DNA of 64,000 nucleotides from Trypethelium eluteriae (Eukaryota): NCBI GenBank assembly GCA_051942245.1, contig JAVECL010000063.1, positions 1 to 64,000 of the forward strand, read 5' to 3'. Shown piece by piece: positions 27,428 to 40,239 of this stretch (position 1 is its first letter; each line of letters starts with the position of its first letter). The notes under the pieces were generated by a model. It saw only the letters and a program-made list of their open reading frames with translations, ran no database searches and was not told where the DNA came from. The position numbers and the translations under genes were made by a program.

Positions 27428-28217
27428 TCAATGTCCGCTCCATTTAGGATTGGCGATTACCAAGATGGGCTGACCCAATTCTTTCGGTGTTGCATCTCTG
27501 CATGGTTTATATTTGTTCTTCTCCCCTTTACATATCGGTAGATTCGTTCCTTCGGCCTCAATTTTTTTGGCTTTGTAGTGATTGAAGCCGCCTTGTACTG
27601 CGATTCTGGAAGATAGCGAGGCCAAATTTGGTGCCATAATGCCGAGGAGAAACCAAAGTAATGGGAAAAACCGAGGACTTAAGCTGACATCGGTTCCATG
27701 TGATCGGTGTGCTGTAGTTAGATTAGAAACAAACAAGCATCGGTAAGTCAAACCAAAAAGTGAATTCCGCACCTGTCCACAACTCCATGAGGTCAGCTTC
27801 TATCTTTCTTACTTCTTCCCAAGATTTTCCCCCTTGCTCTACAGATTTCGCCGCTTCGAGTAATGAGTTCTTCTCAGATTCGCTCATTGGTGACAGGTAT
27901 TCAATATAACCATTCTTGACGGCATTTAAAAAGAGGGCAGTCTGCTCTTCGAAGGAGAATTCACGATTCAAAGTCTACATTTATCAGCCTTCTCATTAGA
28001 TTGCCGGGGTAATTTTCTTTGTTACATTATTGTATTGACGAAGTTTATCCTCAGTCCAGCCAGCAAAGCATCCAGGGATTTTTTGGTTCTGAAAAGACTG
28101 GACTAGTGCTTTTTGATCATCTGTAGAAATAGCGAGCTTTCTATTTTGATTGGTGGAGCCCGTGAAGACTGGTAGTATAGCTATAAAGCCAAGGGTGATA
28201 AGACTCAGGATCCTCAT
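27428..28217 (-). CDS. Orphan secreted protein, about 225 aa, three exons (28217-28026, 27974-27773, 27711-27428)
   Basis: Signal peptide MRILSLITLGFIAILPVFTG; two canonical introns (51 and 61 nt, with branch points) join three ORF-track fragments in frame. Confidence 0.75.
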
Positions 28218-30596
28218 CTCAATGGACTATCCTTTGAACAGGAATGGGTCATATAAGAGATTAGAGGTGATCGAAGTCTGTGGTCATTTAGGTATTGATG
28301 TGGAATGTAGGTGAGAGTCAAAGAAGCAGCGATTGCGACTTAAATAGTAAATAGCTTAACATCTTGTCTATTCAGCTTGTTTACACGTTAAGAAATTACA
28401 TATCATGCGTGATCTTTAAGAGTAGTAATCGCTTACAAACACTGCATGGTTGCGGAAAAGTACGAGATGAGATGCACGTATTGATCCAAAAGAAACCTCA
28501 AGCATAATCGGGAGACTCTATAAATCATAATAAAAAGGGGGCGATTGGACAACGCAGTTGCTGTATATGAAACAGTGTCGTACACCTAGCATTATACAGT
28601 TATGTACTCACCCAGGGCTGCCACGCGTTTCCCATTTTTTTCTCTGTCAGGAAACAATAGTCTGACGAAGCCTACTGTTTTCTAGAACATCTCTTCATCT
28701 CCCCAGGATTCAATACTGTTGCGTCCCTGGTATCCATAGAGCTTCTCACTTTTTCTTACCACTTTCCGATCGTTCGCATGTGACACTAGCAAAGATCGAT
28801 TCCTTCCGTGCAGGAGACCTTGCTACTCGTGAACGAACGTGATCCGCTACGAAATGTTGGAGATGTGAGAGTTCGATTGGATCAATGTTCCAAAGCTTGG
28901 CTTCGAACGTGCTGACTTAGAGGATGAATCGTGCCTCTCGCACCTGCCAATCGCGAGATGCGGCGATTGAGAGCATGCATTGCAGGTAGAATGGAACAAA
29001 GACATTGTAGGATGTTTGATTGACGTCTCAGTGAGACGAACGCTAGTAGATGGTGTCCAATTAAGCTATTCTCAGCAGCCCTTTCGCCGCCAGGTTCTTT
29101 CGTTCTACAAGAACAAATGTAAAATAGACCAGAACAGAGTAGTATCATCATACGCGTAGTGTCCAGCCTATTGTAGTGCGAGAAGCAGATATTAGATGCC
29201 AAGAAGGAGGAGCAATGAGCAGTTAACCGAGAGGATCCAGGCTCTACAGGAACTGTGTATGCGTTTGCTTCGGATGAGGCGAAGACGGTCGTTGCAGCAC
29301 GACAATCAACAATACTTCAGCTACGACTATCACGGCAAGACTGATGCGAAGGCACCAACAAGTCGTCACTTGGCACTAATCATTCCAGAATAAGCCAGAC
29401 CTCCCGGCACCAGGGTCTTGAATCAGTAAAGGTATCATTAATCAGGACCGTGGTATTGTAAAATGTACGTCTGTCGGAGCAACGAGCCTCATCCATGGCG
29501 GTCTCTTCTCCAAGGATGTGAGCACGGTGATGTTGATCAAAACTCCAGAGAAAGCGCCCATGGGCTCAGAACCGGACATTGCGTGACCTATGGTAAGAGC
29601 AATGGACGTGGATGCCATTCGAACCATCAAAGAGTCGCCCAAGAGGCAAGAAGCGTGAGAAAAGGCTACAAGTTTAATCGGACGTCATGTGAACAATTTG
29701 CCAGACTGAGGAAAGAAGAGCGACCACTTAGAGAGTAAAGGTAAAGTCATAACCTATCGGAGCGATATCAAGCCCAAGATCTGATTACGAGACAAAGACG
29801 ATAGCAAAGCAAAGCTTACAATACCAACCAACGACTTGCTTCGCCCGACAGTTGTCAGCAACGCAAGAGATTGCGACAGCAAAAAACAAGAGCCACGCAA
29901 AGATTGGCAACGGTAACAGAGATTACACTAACAATGATGATCGGGAAGTGCCGTCTCGTTCTTGGAAAGATGGGGAGTCGGAGAGATCCCCGTAGAGTAT
30001 TCTATCGTAGTCTGTTCGGATCTTCATCTGTCGATACTGAAGTACCATTTCTTTTTCATGAGGAGCGACTGAGCCCACATTGTTGGTCCTTGCTGGTCCT
30101 GGCTGGATGCGTCTGCATCCACGCTGTTCCCGATGTGACGCTGAGCGAGCCTGCCAATCGGGATGGATAGTTGAAGCCAATCGGGCACGGCGATCTTCCA
30201 TTGATGCTTCGCTCCCCACGGCGATCGCGAGGCCGACCGACCGTTGTTTCAGTCACGTCAGATCGCAATTGATGCCTAGTAGAGTAACCACATTGTTTTG
30301 GTGTAACAGGGCAGAAGGCAGATGCTTCATTTCCGGCCTTCCTGCGTGCAAAGCAATATTGTACAGTACTATGCATGGTAGAGTACAAGGCTGTGCGGAA
30401 TCGATGCTGACCGAAAGTTGATCCAAGAATCACCAAAAGTAAAATCATTAAAGGTAGGAACAAATCTAACCTCATATAATCTATCAATCTTCAACGCAAT
30501 ATCTCGAGAGGTAACAATTCCACTGTAACTGCGAGGGCGGGTTCGTTGGCCAGTCACAATTCCTCAAGGCCTCATACGTTCTGCACAACAAACGTC

Positions 30597-31502
30597 ATGG
30601 CAGTACCGCCGTGGACTGGCATGACCTTTACCTCGAAGTTATACAGAGAACCTCCAGCATCTCTAGCTCCATCCAGCCAGAAGCTACCGTCTCCATTCGT
30701 GGTCGCCATCACAGGCGCGAGCCGCAACATTGGCGCAGCGACAGCCAAGGCCTTTGCACGAGCAGGCGCAACGGGTCTTATTCTTACTGCAACCTCCAAG
30801 TCCGCCACGCTTCTCGAGACCACAAAGGAGGTTGAAGCCGCAGGCACCTCTCCAAATCTCAAAGTCACGGTCCTCGCTGCTAATGTGGCGGATTTCTCCT
30901 CCGCAAAGCTCATTGCAAATGCCGTGTCTTCTTCCCACAACAACCGTCTCGACCTGTTGATAAACAACGCAGGCATCGTCAGTACAAGCAAGTCAGCTTT
31001 CAACAAGCTTGGCGCCATCGGTATTGACGAGTTCCAAAATACTATGAATACGAATTTCATTGGCAAATTCGCCACAATTCAGTGCCTGCTGCCACTGCTC
31101 TTGCAGACGCCCGGCGGAGCCAAGACAGTCGTCAACGTCACAAGCGCCCTGTCACATTTCGTGACAGTGGGCGCACCAGCCTATAACATCTCTGCACTCG
31201 CGATGAATCGATTGTCTGAGACGCTTGCTGAGGCGTACAGCGGTGACGGCGTTTTAAGCTTTGCAGTGCACCCGGGGGTCGTGGCGACGATGCCGCCACC
31301 AATTGGAATGGAGGCAGACGGCCGCGCGATGGCAGTCGATAGTGAGGAACTTTGCGGGGCGTTCTTGGTGTGGCTGACAAAAGAAAGGAGGGAGTGGTTG
31401 AGTGGAAGATACTTGAGCGCGAACTGGGATGTCGAGGAGTTGGAAAGCAAAAAGGATGCTATCATTGGAGGGGATCTATTGAAAACGCGGATGACCGTAT
31501 AA
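30597..31502 (+). CDS. Short-chain dehydrogenase/reductase with atypical motifs (cluster gene)
   Basis: TGASRNIG, LDLLINNAG, VVNVTS, YNISA in place of YxxxK, VHPG, WLSGRYLSANWDVEEL. Confidence 0.9.
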   Translation: MAVPPWTGMTFTSKLYREPPASLAPSSQKLPSPFVVAITGASRNIGAATAKAFARAGATGLILTATSKSATLLETTKEVEAAGTSPNLKVTVLAANVADFSSAKLIANAVSSSHNNRLDLLINNAGIVSTSKSAFNKLGAIGIDEFQNTMNTNFIGKFATIQCLLPLLLQTPGGAKTVVNVTSALSHFVTVGAPAYNISALAMNRLSETLAEAYSGDGVLSFAVHPGVVATMPPPIGMEADGRAMAVDSEELCGAFLVWLTKERREWLSGRYLSANWDVEELESKKDAIIGGDLLKTRMTV

Positions 31503-31688
31503 AGTGACCATCAGATGGCGCAACATGTCCTTGGTTGGGACTTTGCTGGAGAACAAATATATCATAAGACTTTCGTAATTCGTGAATTTTCCCTCTAGAA
31601 TGCAAATATAGTTTGCAGCAAATCTATGGTAACCAGCAATCGGCAACTCGATTGGATTGGTCCGTCTATAGTCGAAGAAATCGTGTAG

Positions 31689-32960
31689 TCAAGTACCACC
31701 AGTGCGTGAAAGACCAGCGCCAAACTCTTTAATCTGTTTGAGCGTATCTAGAACCTCTGCTTTGATCTTTGGTCCCACAATCCTGTACCAGTTTTTCGTA
31801 TGCTGTTCGTCGTCTCCGTCCTCATCCCGCGTGCTTTCGCTTCCACGAATTGTAATCTCATCCACGATGCCCTCCACTTTTCGGACTTCTCTAAGCAAAA
31901 TTCCACGCATCAATACTCGCTGGTCCTCTTCTTCAAGATCGAAGACGCCGATTTGGATTGGTGTGGATTGTATGCCCTGAGCTGTTGATGCTTTTGACTG
32001 TGTGCTGACCGGAGAGACTGCCGATGTACTGGAGCCACTAGTGTTTGGCGAGCTTGCGGTAGGATATGATCCCAAAGATATGGATTGGCCCTGTGGCGAA
32101 ACAGCTGACCGGTACCATGAAAGGGCCTTTGATACAATGGTCGTGTAGAGGAGTGCGAGATGCGCTTGCTGCGCACAAGGACATTCGAGTAGCTCTTTGA
32201 GAGTGTTCATGGCGACGCGGTTAAAGTAAAGAACCTTGTCGAGCGGGGGCGTACGGTTTAACACGTGCCCCAAGTTTGTGCGAGGGTTGCTTCGCACGCC
32301 CGGTTGATCGGTATGGAACATTGTGCAATAGTGAAGTGAGTGTAAGGTATTGAAGGCCTTGGCCTCGCAATCGTGGCCAGATGCCTGAGGAGGCTCCGAG
32401 ATGAACGAGATGCTGTTGAAATTGGGGTCTAGGCTCGTTCCACAGACATGCATGTCTGAAGCCTCGGAAACGTTGTTCAAATCCACTGCAGATTCCGCTC
32501 CAGTCCAGTGTGACATGAAATCAAGCCCATCGCCGGCTGTGTCCAAACCAATGAGTGTCAAATAATCTGTGCTCTGTCGTCCGTCATGGCCTCCAACGTC
32601 CATTGACTCATCGGGCAGGACTGCTTGATGTGTCACCGGCGACAAATCATCCGACACCATGTACAAACCCGAATCATCATTCGCACCGTTGAGTGGAGGA
32701 AGCGGGAGTAACGAGGGAGGCACCAGCGGCGGTGTTTCTGTCAGTGGAGTTGGGGATAGTGTCGAGTTTAGATATTGCTGCTTGGCGATCATCTTTGCCC
32801 ACGACTGCTTCCCATGTCGTCGAGAAGGACTATAGGAGCACCGAAATCCGTTTGTCTGACACCGATCGCAGACAGGTTGTTTCTTATCGCACTTGACCTT
32901 TGCTATGGAGCAGGCATCACAAGTAGATCGGAGCTTGACCGGGGCCTCAGGCGGAGACAT
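31689..32960 (-). CDS. AflR-type Zn(II)2Cys6 pathway-specific transcription factor
   Basis: KLRSTCDACSIAKVKCDKKQPVCDRCQTNGFRCSYSPSRR; C-terminal LDKVL..NR, LLECPC, IVSKALSWY, PIQIGVFDL..EDQ, typical of the AflR family. Confidence 0.9.
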   Translation of the reverse strand: MSPPEAPVKLRSTCDACSIAKVKCDKKQPVCDRCQTNGFRCSYSPSRRHGKQSWAKMIAKQQYLNSTLSPTPLTETPPLVPPSLLPLPPLNGANDDSGLYMVSDDLSPVTHQAVLPDESMDVGGHDGRQSTDYLTLIGLDTAGDGLDFMSHWTGAESAVDLNNVSEASDMHVCGTSLDPNFNSISFISEPPQASGHDCEAKAFNTLHSLHYCTMFHTDQPGVRSNPRTNLGHVLNRTPPLDKVLYFNRVAMNTLKELLECPCAQQAHLALLYTTIVSKALSWYRSAVSPQGQSISLGSYPTASSPNTSGSSTSAVSPVSTQSKASTAQGIQSTPIQIGVFDLEEEDQRVLMRGILLREVRKVEGIVDEITIRGSESTRDEDGDDEQHTKNWYRIVGPKIKAEVLDTLKQIKEFGAGLSRTGGT

Positions 32961-34050
32961 TGATTTTCATGACAAGTCTTGCCTCGCATTCGGCATGATC
33001 TGCGCAGGGAGAAGACATACGATACTCCCATGCAGTGGGTTTCTGATGGGATAAATAGGCAAGAACCGTACTTTTTTTTCTCCATACAGGTACAAGGACA
33101 GGGACGGCATAAGAGAGTCTGCGGGAGGAGCGCCATGAGGAGTTGAGGGCTGAGAGGTGTGCCCGGCTCTGCCGTCTCGTGGCTGAAGTGATTCAAACAT
33201 CATTCGTCGTCCGACATGCTTTGATATCAACAAACGTCCAGAGTATTAGAAGATATACATACAAGGACGGGCAAAGACATGGTGTCGAGCCGATCCAGTC
33301 CTGCCGGGCACTCCGCCATCCCCGGACCCGGCCCGCACCCAGGCAAGGTTTGCCACGCACGTGCGCGGGTGCCAAAACACCAAAAATGTGAGACCGCAGT
33401 GTATACCTGGCAGCTCACCGACTATTCATGTATGCCTATTGAGCTCCATCACAAGAAGCGTGACTCTGCTCCACAGTACGGAGCATCATTAGCTCTGGTG
33501 AACTCTGGGATGTACGAAGTCTCGCCCATCACGAGCATCCTCTTGCTTATACCAAGAACGACCATGACGGCAGAAGAGGGGGAACAAGCGTCATGTTGTA
33601 ATGCATGAGAATGGGTCGATCTGATTCAGCGCTTCTTTCAGCTTAAAATGTTGAGCCAATCGGAGAGAGGACGTGTCTTATCACCTCATCGCCTCACTGC
33701 CTGAGGTACCCTATATCCAATCCTCCGGCTGCTGCAGCATGTGCGCGTCACATTCTTGGCCTTGCTTCTGAAATCGGCTTTACGTAATAAGACGCGCACC
33801 TAGACTGTGCTCTTCCTTTCAGATCTCGGAATCACTTTTGAGTCAACCAAAACTAATTGCGTTGTGCAGGGAATGCAGATGCACAAGGCACGGCACAGAC
33901 AATTTGTTGCCATAAGCGCAGGTGCGTTTGGCTTATCTACATACCCCATACCCCATGTTCCATACGACACACAGGTAGATATCTAGCCGTGCACTAGAAC
34001 TTTCTTTTGTGGTCTCCTACTGGCCGGACTGAGGAACGCGTTTTGCTAAC

Positions 34051-34069
34051 CTAATCGATTTGCGATTAG
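34051..34069. promoter_or_regulatory. Palindrome CTAATCG-N5-CGATTAG containing an AflR-type TCG-N5-CGA core
   Basis: Perfect 7-bp arms in the regulator/monooxygenase divergent promoter. Confidence 0.45.
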
Positions 34070-34584
34070 AGCAAATGTATGGTATGCGTGGAGTGATAGA
34101 TCCCAGAAGACCTTAGAGTACTACAACTTAGAGGAGTATACTATTATTGACCTTTTACGTTAATTGCATAGGGCTGGCCAACTCTCAGAAGGGACGGAAA
34201 AAGGCCGTGATTCATTCGAATCGTCAGAATACTTGCCTAACTCAAGCATCAATTTTTCCCTTGGCCAGTGGACGCTTGACTGATGTCCCGCTCGCTTCGA
34301 TTTCCTATTATTCCAGATTCCGAAGATCCAGCGGCTTGCATCTCGCGGAGAGATGGGTCTACCTGCCCCACTCAGCCAATGTCAGTCTTCTCGAATACGT
34401 TCTCGCACACCGAACCGGAGATCTGGGGTTGTTGCGCGGGGATGGTGATGCAAGGCAAAGGATAGTGACACAAAGGAAAGGATGGTGACTCGAAGCAAAG
34501 GATGGTCTTCGTATTTAACCGTATCTCATTTAAGCGCAGTGTTTCAGATTAGACCCCTGTAAAGAGCAGTTCGAGCGACCCAAT

Positions 34585-35892
34585 ATGCCTCAAGACGCAC
34601 GACGAGATATCCGCCTTATCATTGTTGGTGCCGGCCTCGTAGGCCTGGCTGCGGCAATCGGATTCCGGAAATCACAATTTCAAGTGACAGTGCTTGAGCG
34701 AGTCGAAGAATTCTCTACGAAGAGTGCTGGTATCACGGCGCCACCTAATGCCGCGAGCGTCCTGCGAGTATTGGGGGTTTTGGACGAACTTGAGGCTATA
34801 GCATACCAGCCCAATCACTTTTCTGTGCGGTCTTATAGCGATGGCACTGTCCTAGCAAGAGAGAGCAAACCATCGTTCCTCGCTCTACATCGAGCAACAT
34901 TCCATAGGATCCTTCTCGAAAAGGCAAAGAGCCTCGGCGCGGAGATAAAGCTTGGCGTCGTTATTAGCAAGATTGACTTTCAAACGCCGACTGTGTTTCT
35001 CTCCAACGGCGATATCTACCGGGGCGATCTCATCCTTGGCGCTGACGGTCAAGACTCTCAATGCCGCCAATTAATGCTTGGGCGACCTGAGCGCGCCATG
35101 CATGGCGGCCGACAGTTTTTTGCCATGGATATTGAACAATCCAAGTTGCTGAAGGATGATGAGCTACGTGAGTTTGTGGACCCACCGGCCATGAATTTTT
35201 GGCTCGGTCCTCATAGTCACGCTGTTGTATTTCCATTGCGCGAAGATGGCCTCGTCCACATTATTGGCTCGTTGCTGGAGGACCCAGATGGTCCTATACG
35301 CGCAAAGCCGCGGCCACTTGACATGGACGAGCTGAGAGAGCAGTTTGTAGACTGGCATCCGCAGCTGCGGCGCGTGTTTGACCTTGCGCCCGGAGGAGTG
35401 AAGTGGTCATTAACAACAACGCCGTACTTGACCCAATGGACGCATCCTGATGGCAAGTTCGGGTTGATTGGCGACGCAGCACACGCTATGCTACCGTTTT
35501 TCGGACAGGGCGCGGCGCAGGGCATTGAAGACGTAATGGTTCTGACACAGTTATTTGCGCGACTCACGCATAAGGAGCAGATTCCGGATTTTCTAACCAT
35601 CTTTGGTGATCTCCGGGTTCCCCGAGCGATGCGAGTCAAAGATAAAGTTGACGAACTGCGTATGCTGATGACGATGCCCAACGGTGACATGCAACGCGAA
35701 CGAGATCGACAACTAAGGGAATATGCAGAGAAGCCGTTTAGTGGATATCCACTGCCATGGATGGATCCGGACTTCAATAACTGGATTTACTCATATGATA
35801 TTCCGAAGGAAATAGCTCAGGCATGGGAAAAATACACCAAAGGCTTGTGGCCAAAGACGCGGGGAAGCTGGAAAATACTTTTAAGTACATAG
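34585..35892 (+). CDS. FAD-dependent monooxygenase (salicylate-hydroxylase-like aromatic hydroxylase)
   Basis: GAGLVG, ILGADG, GDAAHAMLPFFGQGAAQGIED; single exon, 435 aa. Confidence 0.93.
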   Translation: MPQDARRDIRLIIVGAGLVGLAAAIGFRKSQFQVTVLERVEEFSTKSAGITAPPNAASVLRVLGVLDELEAIAYQPNHFSVRSYSDGTVLARESKPSFLALHRATFHRILLEKAKSLGAEIKLGVVISKIDFQTPTVFLSNGDIYRGDLILGADGQDSQCRQLMLGRPERAMHGGRQFFAMDIEQSKLLKDDELREFVDPPAMNFWLGPHSHAVVFPLREDGLVHIIGSLLEDPDGPIRAKPRPLDMDELREQFVDWHPQLRRVFDLAPGGVKWSLTTTPYLTQWTHPDGKFGLIGDAAHAMLPFFGQGAAQGIEDVMVLTQLFARLTHKEQIPDFLTIFGDLRVPRAMRVKDKVDELRMLMTMPNGDMQRERDRQLREYAEKPFSGYPLPWMDPDFNNWIYSYDIPKEIAQAWEKYTKGLWPKTRGSWKILLST

Positions 35893-36530
35893 ATTGCGTT
35901 TTTGTAGCGACTTTGTTGGCGCGAAGCCAGTCGACATTGCAGTTGTTGGCCCAATAACAAGAGGAGGGTAAAACGAGTAAAGTATCATAGAAAGTTAATA
36001 CAAGATAGACCAAATCGATGCAAGGAAAAGCAAAGCAAAACCTTTTCGCAGTGGTCCAAGTCGATGTGACACGGTTGAACTTGGTGCTGCTGGCTATTCG
36101 ACTAATCGTAGGGCTGAAGATGGGAGAATCAGACGGCGGCGACGCATTGCAAAGCGCCGCTGATTGGGCATTTGCTGGCGGGTCGGATGATACCTTACTC
36201 AGGAGCGGAAGTGATAGAAGCTGGCATGTTGAAGGCATGGAAGGTGACTACCTCCTTAAAGAGTCAAGACTGTGCGTGGGTCCACATCACGTGTAATCTA
36301 GCGCAACTTCATGCCCAACTCGGTATAGTAATAGCAGCACGAATTTCACCCTCTTTGATTTCGGAGTTTGAACACTCCTCCGCAACCAAGCACTCCAAGA
36401 TAGAGCTACAGAGCTTCTAGTCCGATGCAGCTGCCCCCGATCGGATTTCAACACCACATGCCTGATTATGACTGCTGCTGCCCGAAGAACAGTAAACACA
36501 TACAAAATTCCCATTTCGATTGCTACGTTG

Positions 36531-38120
36531 CTAGAACTCTATCGGCTCGAAGAAGTTGAATCTCCCGTGGGGATCATAAATTTTCTTCAACCCTCTCAGC
36601 TTCTCTAACCGCCACGGTTCATAGCCGTAGACAGCTTTTTGGCCTTCGTCACCATGCGCATAGTTGACGTACGCGTTCAGTTTCAGACCTGTCCCATGCA
36701 AAAGTATGGCCCTCACCTGCTTTCCAAGTTCAATCACCATCAGATCCAAGGTTTTATTATTGGGTGGGTAATTAAACAGAGGCGCTGCCAGCAAGTTGCT
36801 CCCGCGAATGGCGTACGACGTGCTTTCCACCGGTATTTCATGCACTCGGTTCGTTGCGAAGCCTTCGAGCAGCACGACAGAGTTATTCAGAACAGCTGGC
36901 ATAGAAGCGTAAATTTCATACACGCTGCGGAGATTCTGAGGATTCCATTCATCCAGGTCCACAGGAAAGGATTCGTGGCTCATGCCCTCTTCGCAAATCG
37001 GCCCGTAGTATGCAGTGCAGGTATTGGCGTTTGCCCCCAAAAGGTCAACGTGCATCGTAACGACGCTAACAGGCTCTAGAGCATTGAATGGATCCAAGTA
37101 CGCTTGCGGAATCGCTGCGCCCTGCCAGTAGATCAAAAAGATGACTATTGGTTTGGTGTCAATCTCAGGATTGAAGGCTATAACCCCGTAATGCGTAAGC
37201 TCTACTGGTCGGTCCTTGGCTCTGATCCACTCATTTGCTGTCGAGAACACATCCTCCAGTTTATCCTGGGTAAATATGTATCTTGCATGAGCAAAGCCAG
37301 CATGCTCAGGGGGGTCGAAAGTGCGGTAAGTGAATGATGTAACAATTCCGAAGTTGTGTCCAGCACCTTTCAATGCCCAGAACAGGTCGGGATGCTGCGT
37401 ATCAGAGACACTGACTGCCGTTCCGTTGGCGAGAACTACACGAGCAGTAAGAAGACTGTCAGCCATTAATCCGTATTGACCTTGGAGCCACCCGTGGCCA
37501 CCGCCAAGCATGGGGCCGGTGAAGCCAGTACAATCACAACCGCCAGTGACGCCCTCTTTTCCATGGCTTGCCAAGGCTTCGACGACTTCGCTCAGCAGCG
37601 CTCCGCCGTGGATTGTGGCATACGGTGCACCATCTTCTGGGAAATCAATGCCACGCATCCCCCGCATCCAGATACCGATACCACCTTGTATGTTATTGAG
37701 CGCATTCGAAGTCCCATGCCCGCCCCCAATAGTGAGGAAAGGCGCCTCATGCGCGTTTGCGTACTCCACCTATAGCACGTCAGGAACGAGCTTTTTGAGA
37801 GTCGAGAGTGGACTTACCGTCCGCTGCACGTCCTTCTCCGATGCGGGCCTTACAATCACGTCTAGGCTAGGCTTGACATGAACGCTCCATCTGTTAGTTG
37901 CATTATGGTACCCATCAGATCCAGGGTAGAAGACTTGGGCGTCCTTGGAAAGCAAGGGCTGAAGGTCTGTGGTGAGATTTCCAAGTTTCGAAGAGGTACT
38001 TTCGCACAAATTCCAGGATTGGAGCTTATCTTGTATAACAACTTGTGCCTCAATTTCAGAGCCAGCGATTGCGTTGACAAGACTAGCCAAGAGCCCCGCT
38101 TTCAGAACAGAGAAAGGCAT
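36531..38120 (-). CDS. Secreted FAD-linked (berberine-bridge-enzyme-like) oxidoreductase, 1 intron
   Basis: Signal-like MPFSVLKAGLLASLVNAIAG; GGGHG, LGGGHGWLQGQYG, DLFWALKGAGHNFGIVT, AYVNYA..E, LKKIYDP. Confidence 0.9.
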
Positions 38121-38760
38121 TGCCTTCGATCGCTCCAAAGCCGAAAGAATGGACTCTGATACCGTAGAAGAGATCTTACGAAGGACAGCAAGACCTGGCC
38201 CAGATTGAATATGGTGCAGAACGAGTGGGATAAAAGCTCAGTCCTCATGAAGTTGGTGTGCAAGCGTTCGTCACTGATCCACGTTTCCAGACCCGATGGC
38301 AATCATATGCTTGGTGCAATATGTCGTTGGCATCTTGTGGACGCAGCAAAGAGACCAAGGTTTCGAAAAAGTAGGAGAATGCATGCTTCGGGAGCCATTT
38401 CCGACTCGGAATCCAATGATACCTTAGTCTTCGGCGATTATGAAGCGGTTCGGTAATCCAAGTAGCCCAAAGGAAGAAAAAGAAAACAACGGCAACGGAA
38501 AGCGAGAATAACCCTTTGGCATGTCCGCATCACCGACTGTGAAACCTGTGTGAGCAAAAGCATTCACCAAAATGAGTACCGTGCGGATATGCGGTCCATC
38601 CAACCGAGTATTCCGGTATCGTAGCGGATGGATTGTTATCAACATTGGAGAGGTTGTGACGAAAACAAAAAATTACAAAATGAATTGCAAGTCTGAGGTC
38701 AGAGCTTCAGAAGGAGCAGTTCAATACTGACGTAATATCTTTCCAGAAGAATCTTTCGTC

Positions 38761-39820
38761 ATGACTAAACACGTCCCCAATCCCCTTCCTGATCTCCCTA
38801 GGCCAACAAAAGCTTATCACAAGACTGCATATCCGTACATCTCTCCTGATCGACCGGAACTTAGCGTGTCCGGAAAAACACTCTTTATTACCGGAGGAGG
38901 TTTGTTGTCTTCGTATCATCACCAACAGTGCTCTCACTAACTGTTCGAATGTAGCTGGCGGTGTGGGCCGTAACATTTGCAGGGCCTTTGCGCAAGCGGG
39001 CATAGAGCATATTGTTATCATCGGACGCACCTTGACATCACTAAACGAAGTCAAAAGCGAACTCGAATCAGCGCACCCAAGTACAGAAATCGCAGTCCAT
39101 GCTATAGATGTGACTGATGTCGCTGCCCTGCAGTCCGTCATCCGCGAGACGGGCAAGATTGACATTGTTGTCAGCGCGGCTGCCATCTGCCATCCAGGAA
39201 CTCCAACTTCAACCGTTGAGCCAGCCACGCTTTCCGACATTCTTCAGACTAACACGGTGGGGCCCTTTCAGGTCATCAGCGAAATCCTGCACCACCGTGC
39301 GATACAGGGTTGGAACCATGAGCTCAAGGTAATTTATATCAGTACTGCTTTGAGCCATATACATGTCAACCACCTGTCTGGTTACGCAGCGAGCAAAGCG
39401 GCCATGAATTTGCTCCTCGTGCATCTCAACATGCAATGGAATGATCGCGGTGTATCGCTTTTTGCCATTCACCCGGGCTTGATCTATACCTCGATGACGG
39501 GGAAAGTCTTTCCTGCAGATTCGCCTATCTGGGAAGATGGTAACTTCTCCCATTCCCATGCTAAGCGCTCAGTATACTTCAGTTTGATGCTAATATGCAA
39601 AGGTAACCTGTCGGCATCCTTTTGCGTATGGTTGTGCCATCCTGAAGCAGCATTCCTAAGTGGTAAAATGTTGTGGGCGCAATGGGATGTCCAGGAGCTG
39701 TTGGCACAAAAGGAGTGGATCGAGAAATATCCGTGGCATCTGGAGCCTGGACTTTGCCTCCCGACTACGGAAAGGCCATCTCAAGATTTCTTCACCGTAG
39801 ATAATAGGCTCAAAAACTAG
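38761..39820 (+). CDS. Short-chain dehydrogenase/reductase with intact catalytic motif, 2 introns
   Basis: ISPDRPELS.SGK.LFITGG|AGGVG, YISTA, GYAASK, IHPG, AAFLSGK.LWAQWDV. Confidence 0.9.
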
Positions 39821-40239
39821 TTTGCTAAGCGGTGGAAACAACCGTCTATGGCAAGGTCTTTCGACTGACATGTTTAAGAAAGACGCGAATTATCCTATGT
39901 AACTTAATGAGTTTTTTTAAAATGCTTGTATTGACATGCTTTAATGTCCATGCATTGAGTCAGATTGGCAAGCTCAGCCTACTCGTCGTTGTGGTCATCA
40001 GGCAAGGTTTGTGCGGTGACCTCCATTCTCAGGGATTCAATATTTACCAGTGGGTTCGAATTTTACAGCCAAGATACGGGGCAGATTGGTATACATACCC
40101 GAGGAGATCAAATTCCAAGCAATCCCAGAGGAGTTATCCCACCAAAACTGTGCACCATTGTGCGATCAACCAGAGATTTGCAATTTATGTCTATCTCCTA
40201 CGGTGATAACTAAGGCAAGCCTGGCGTCAAGAACATCAT

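Noticed and set aside
28882..30557. Several short overlapping ORFs left of the cluster
   Set aside because: No motifs and no consistent spliced model.
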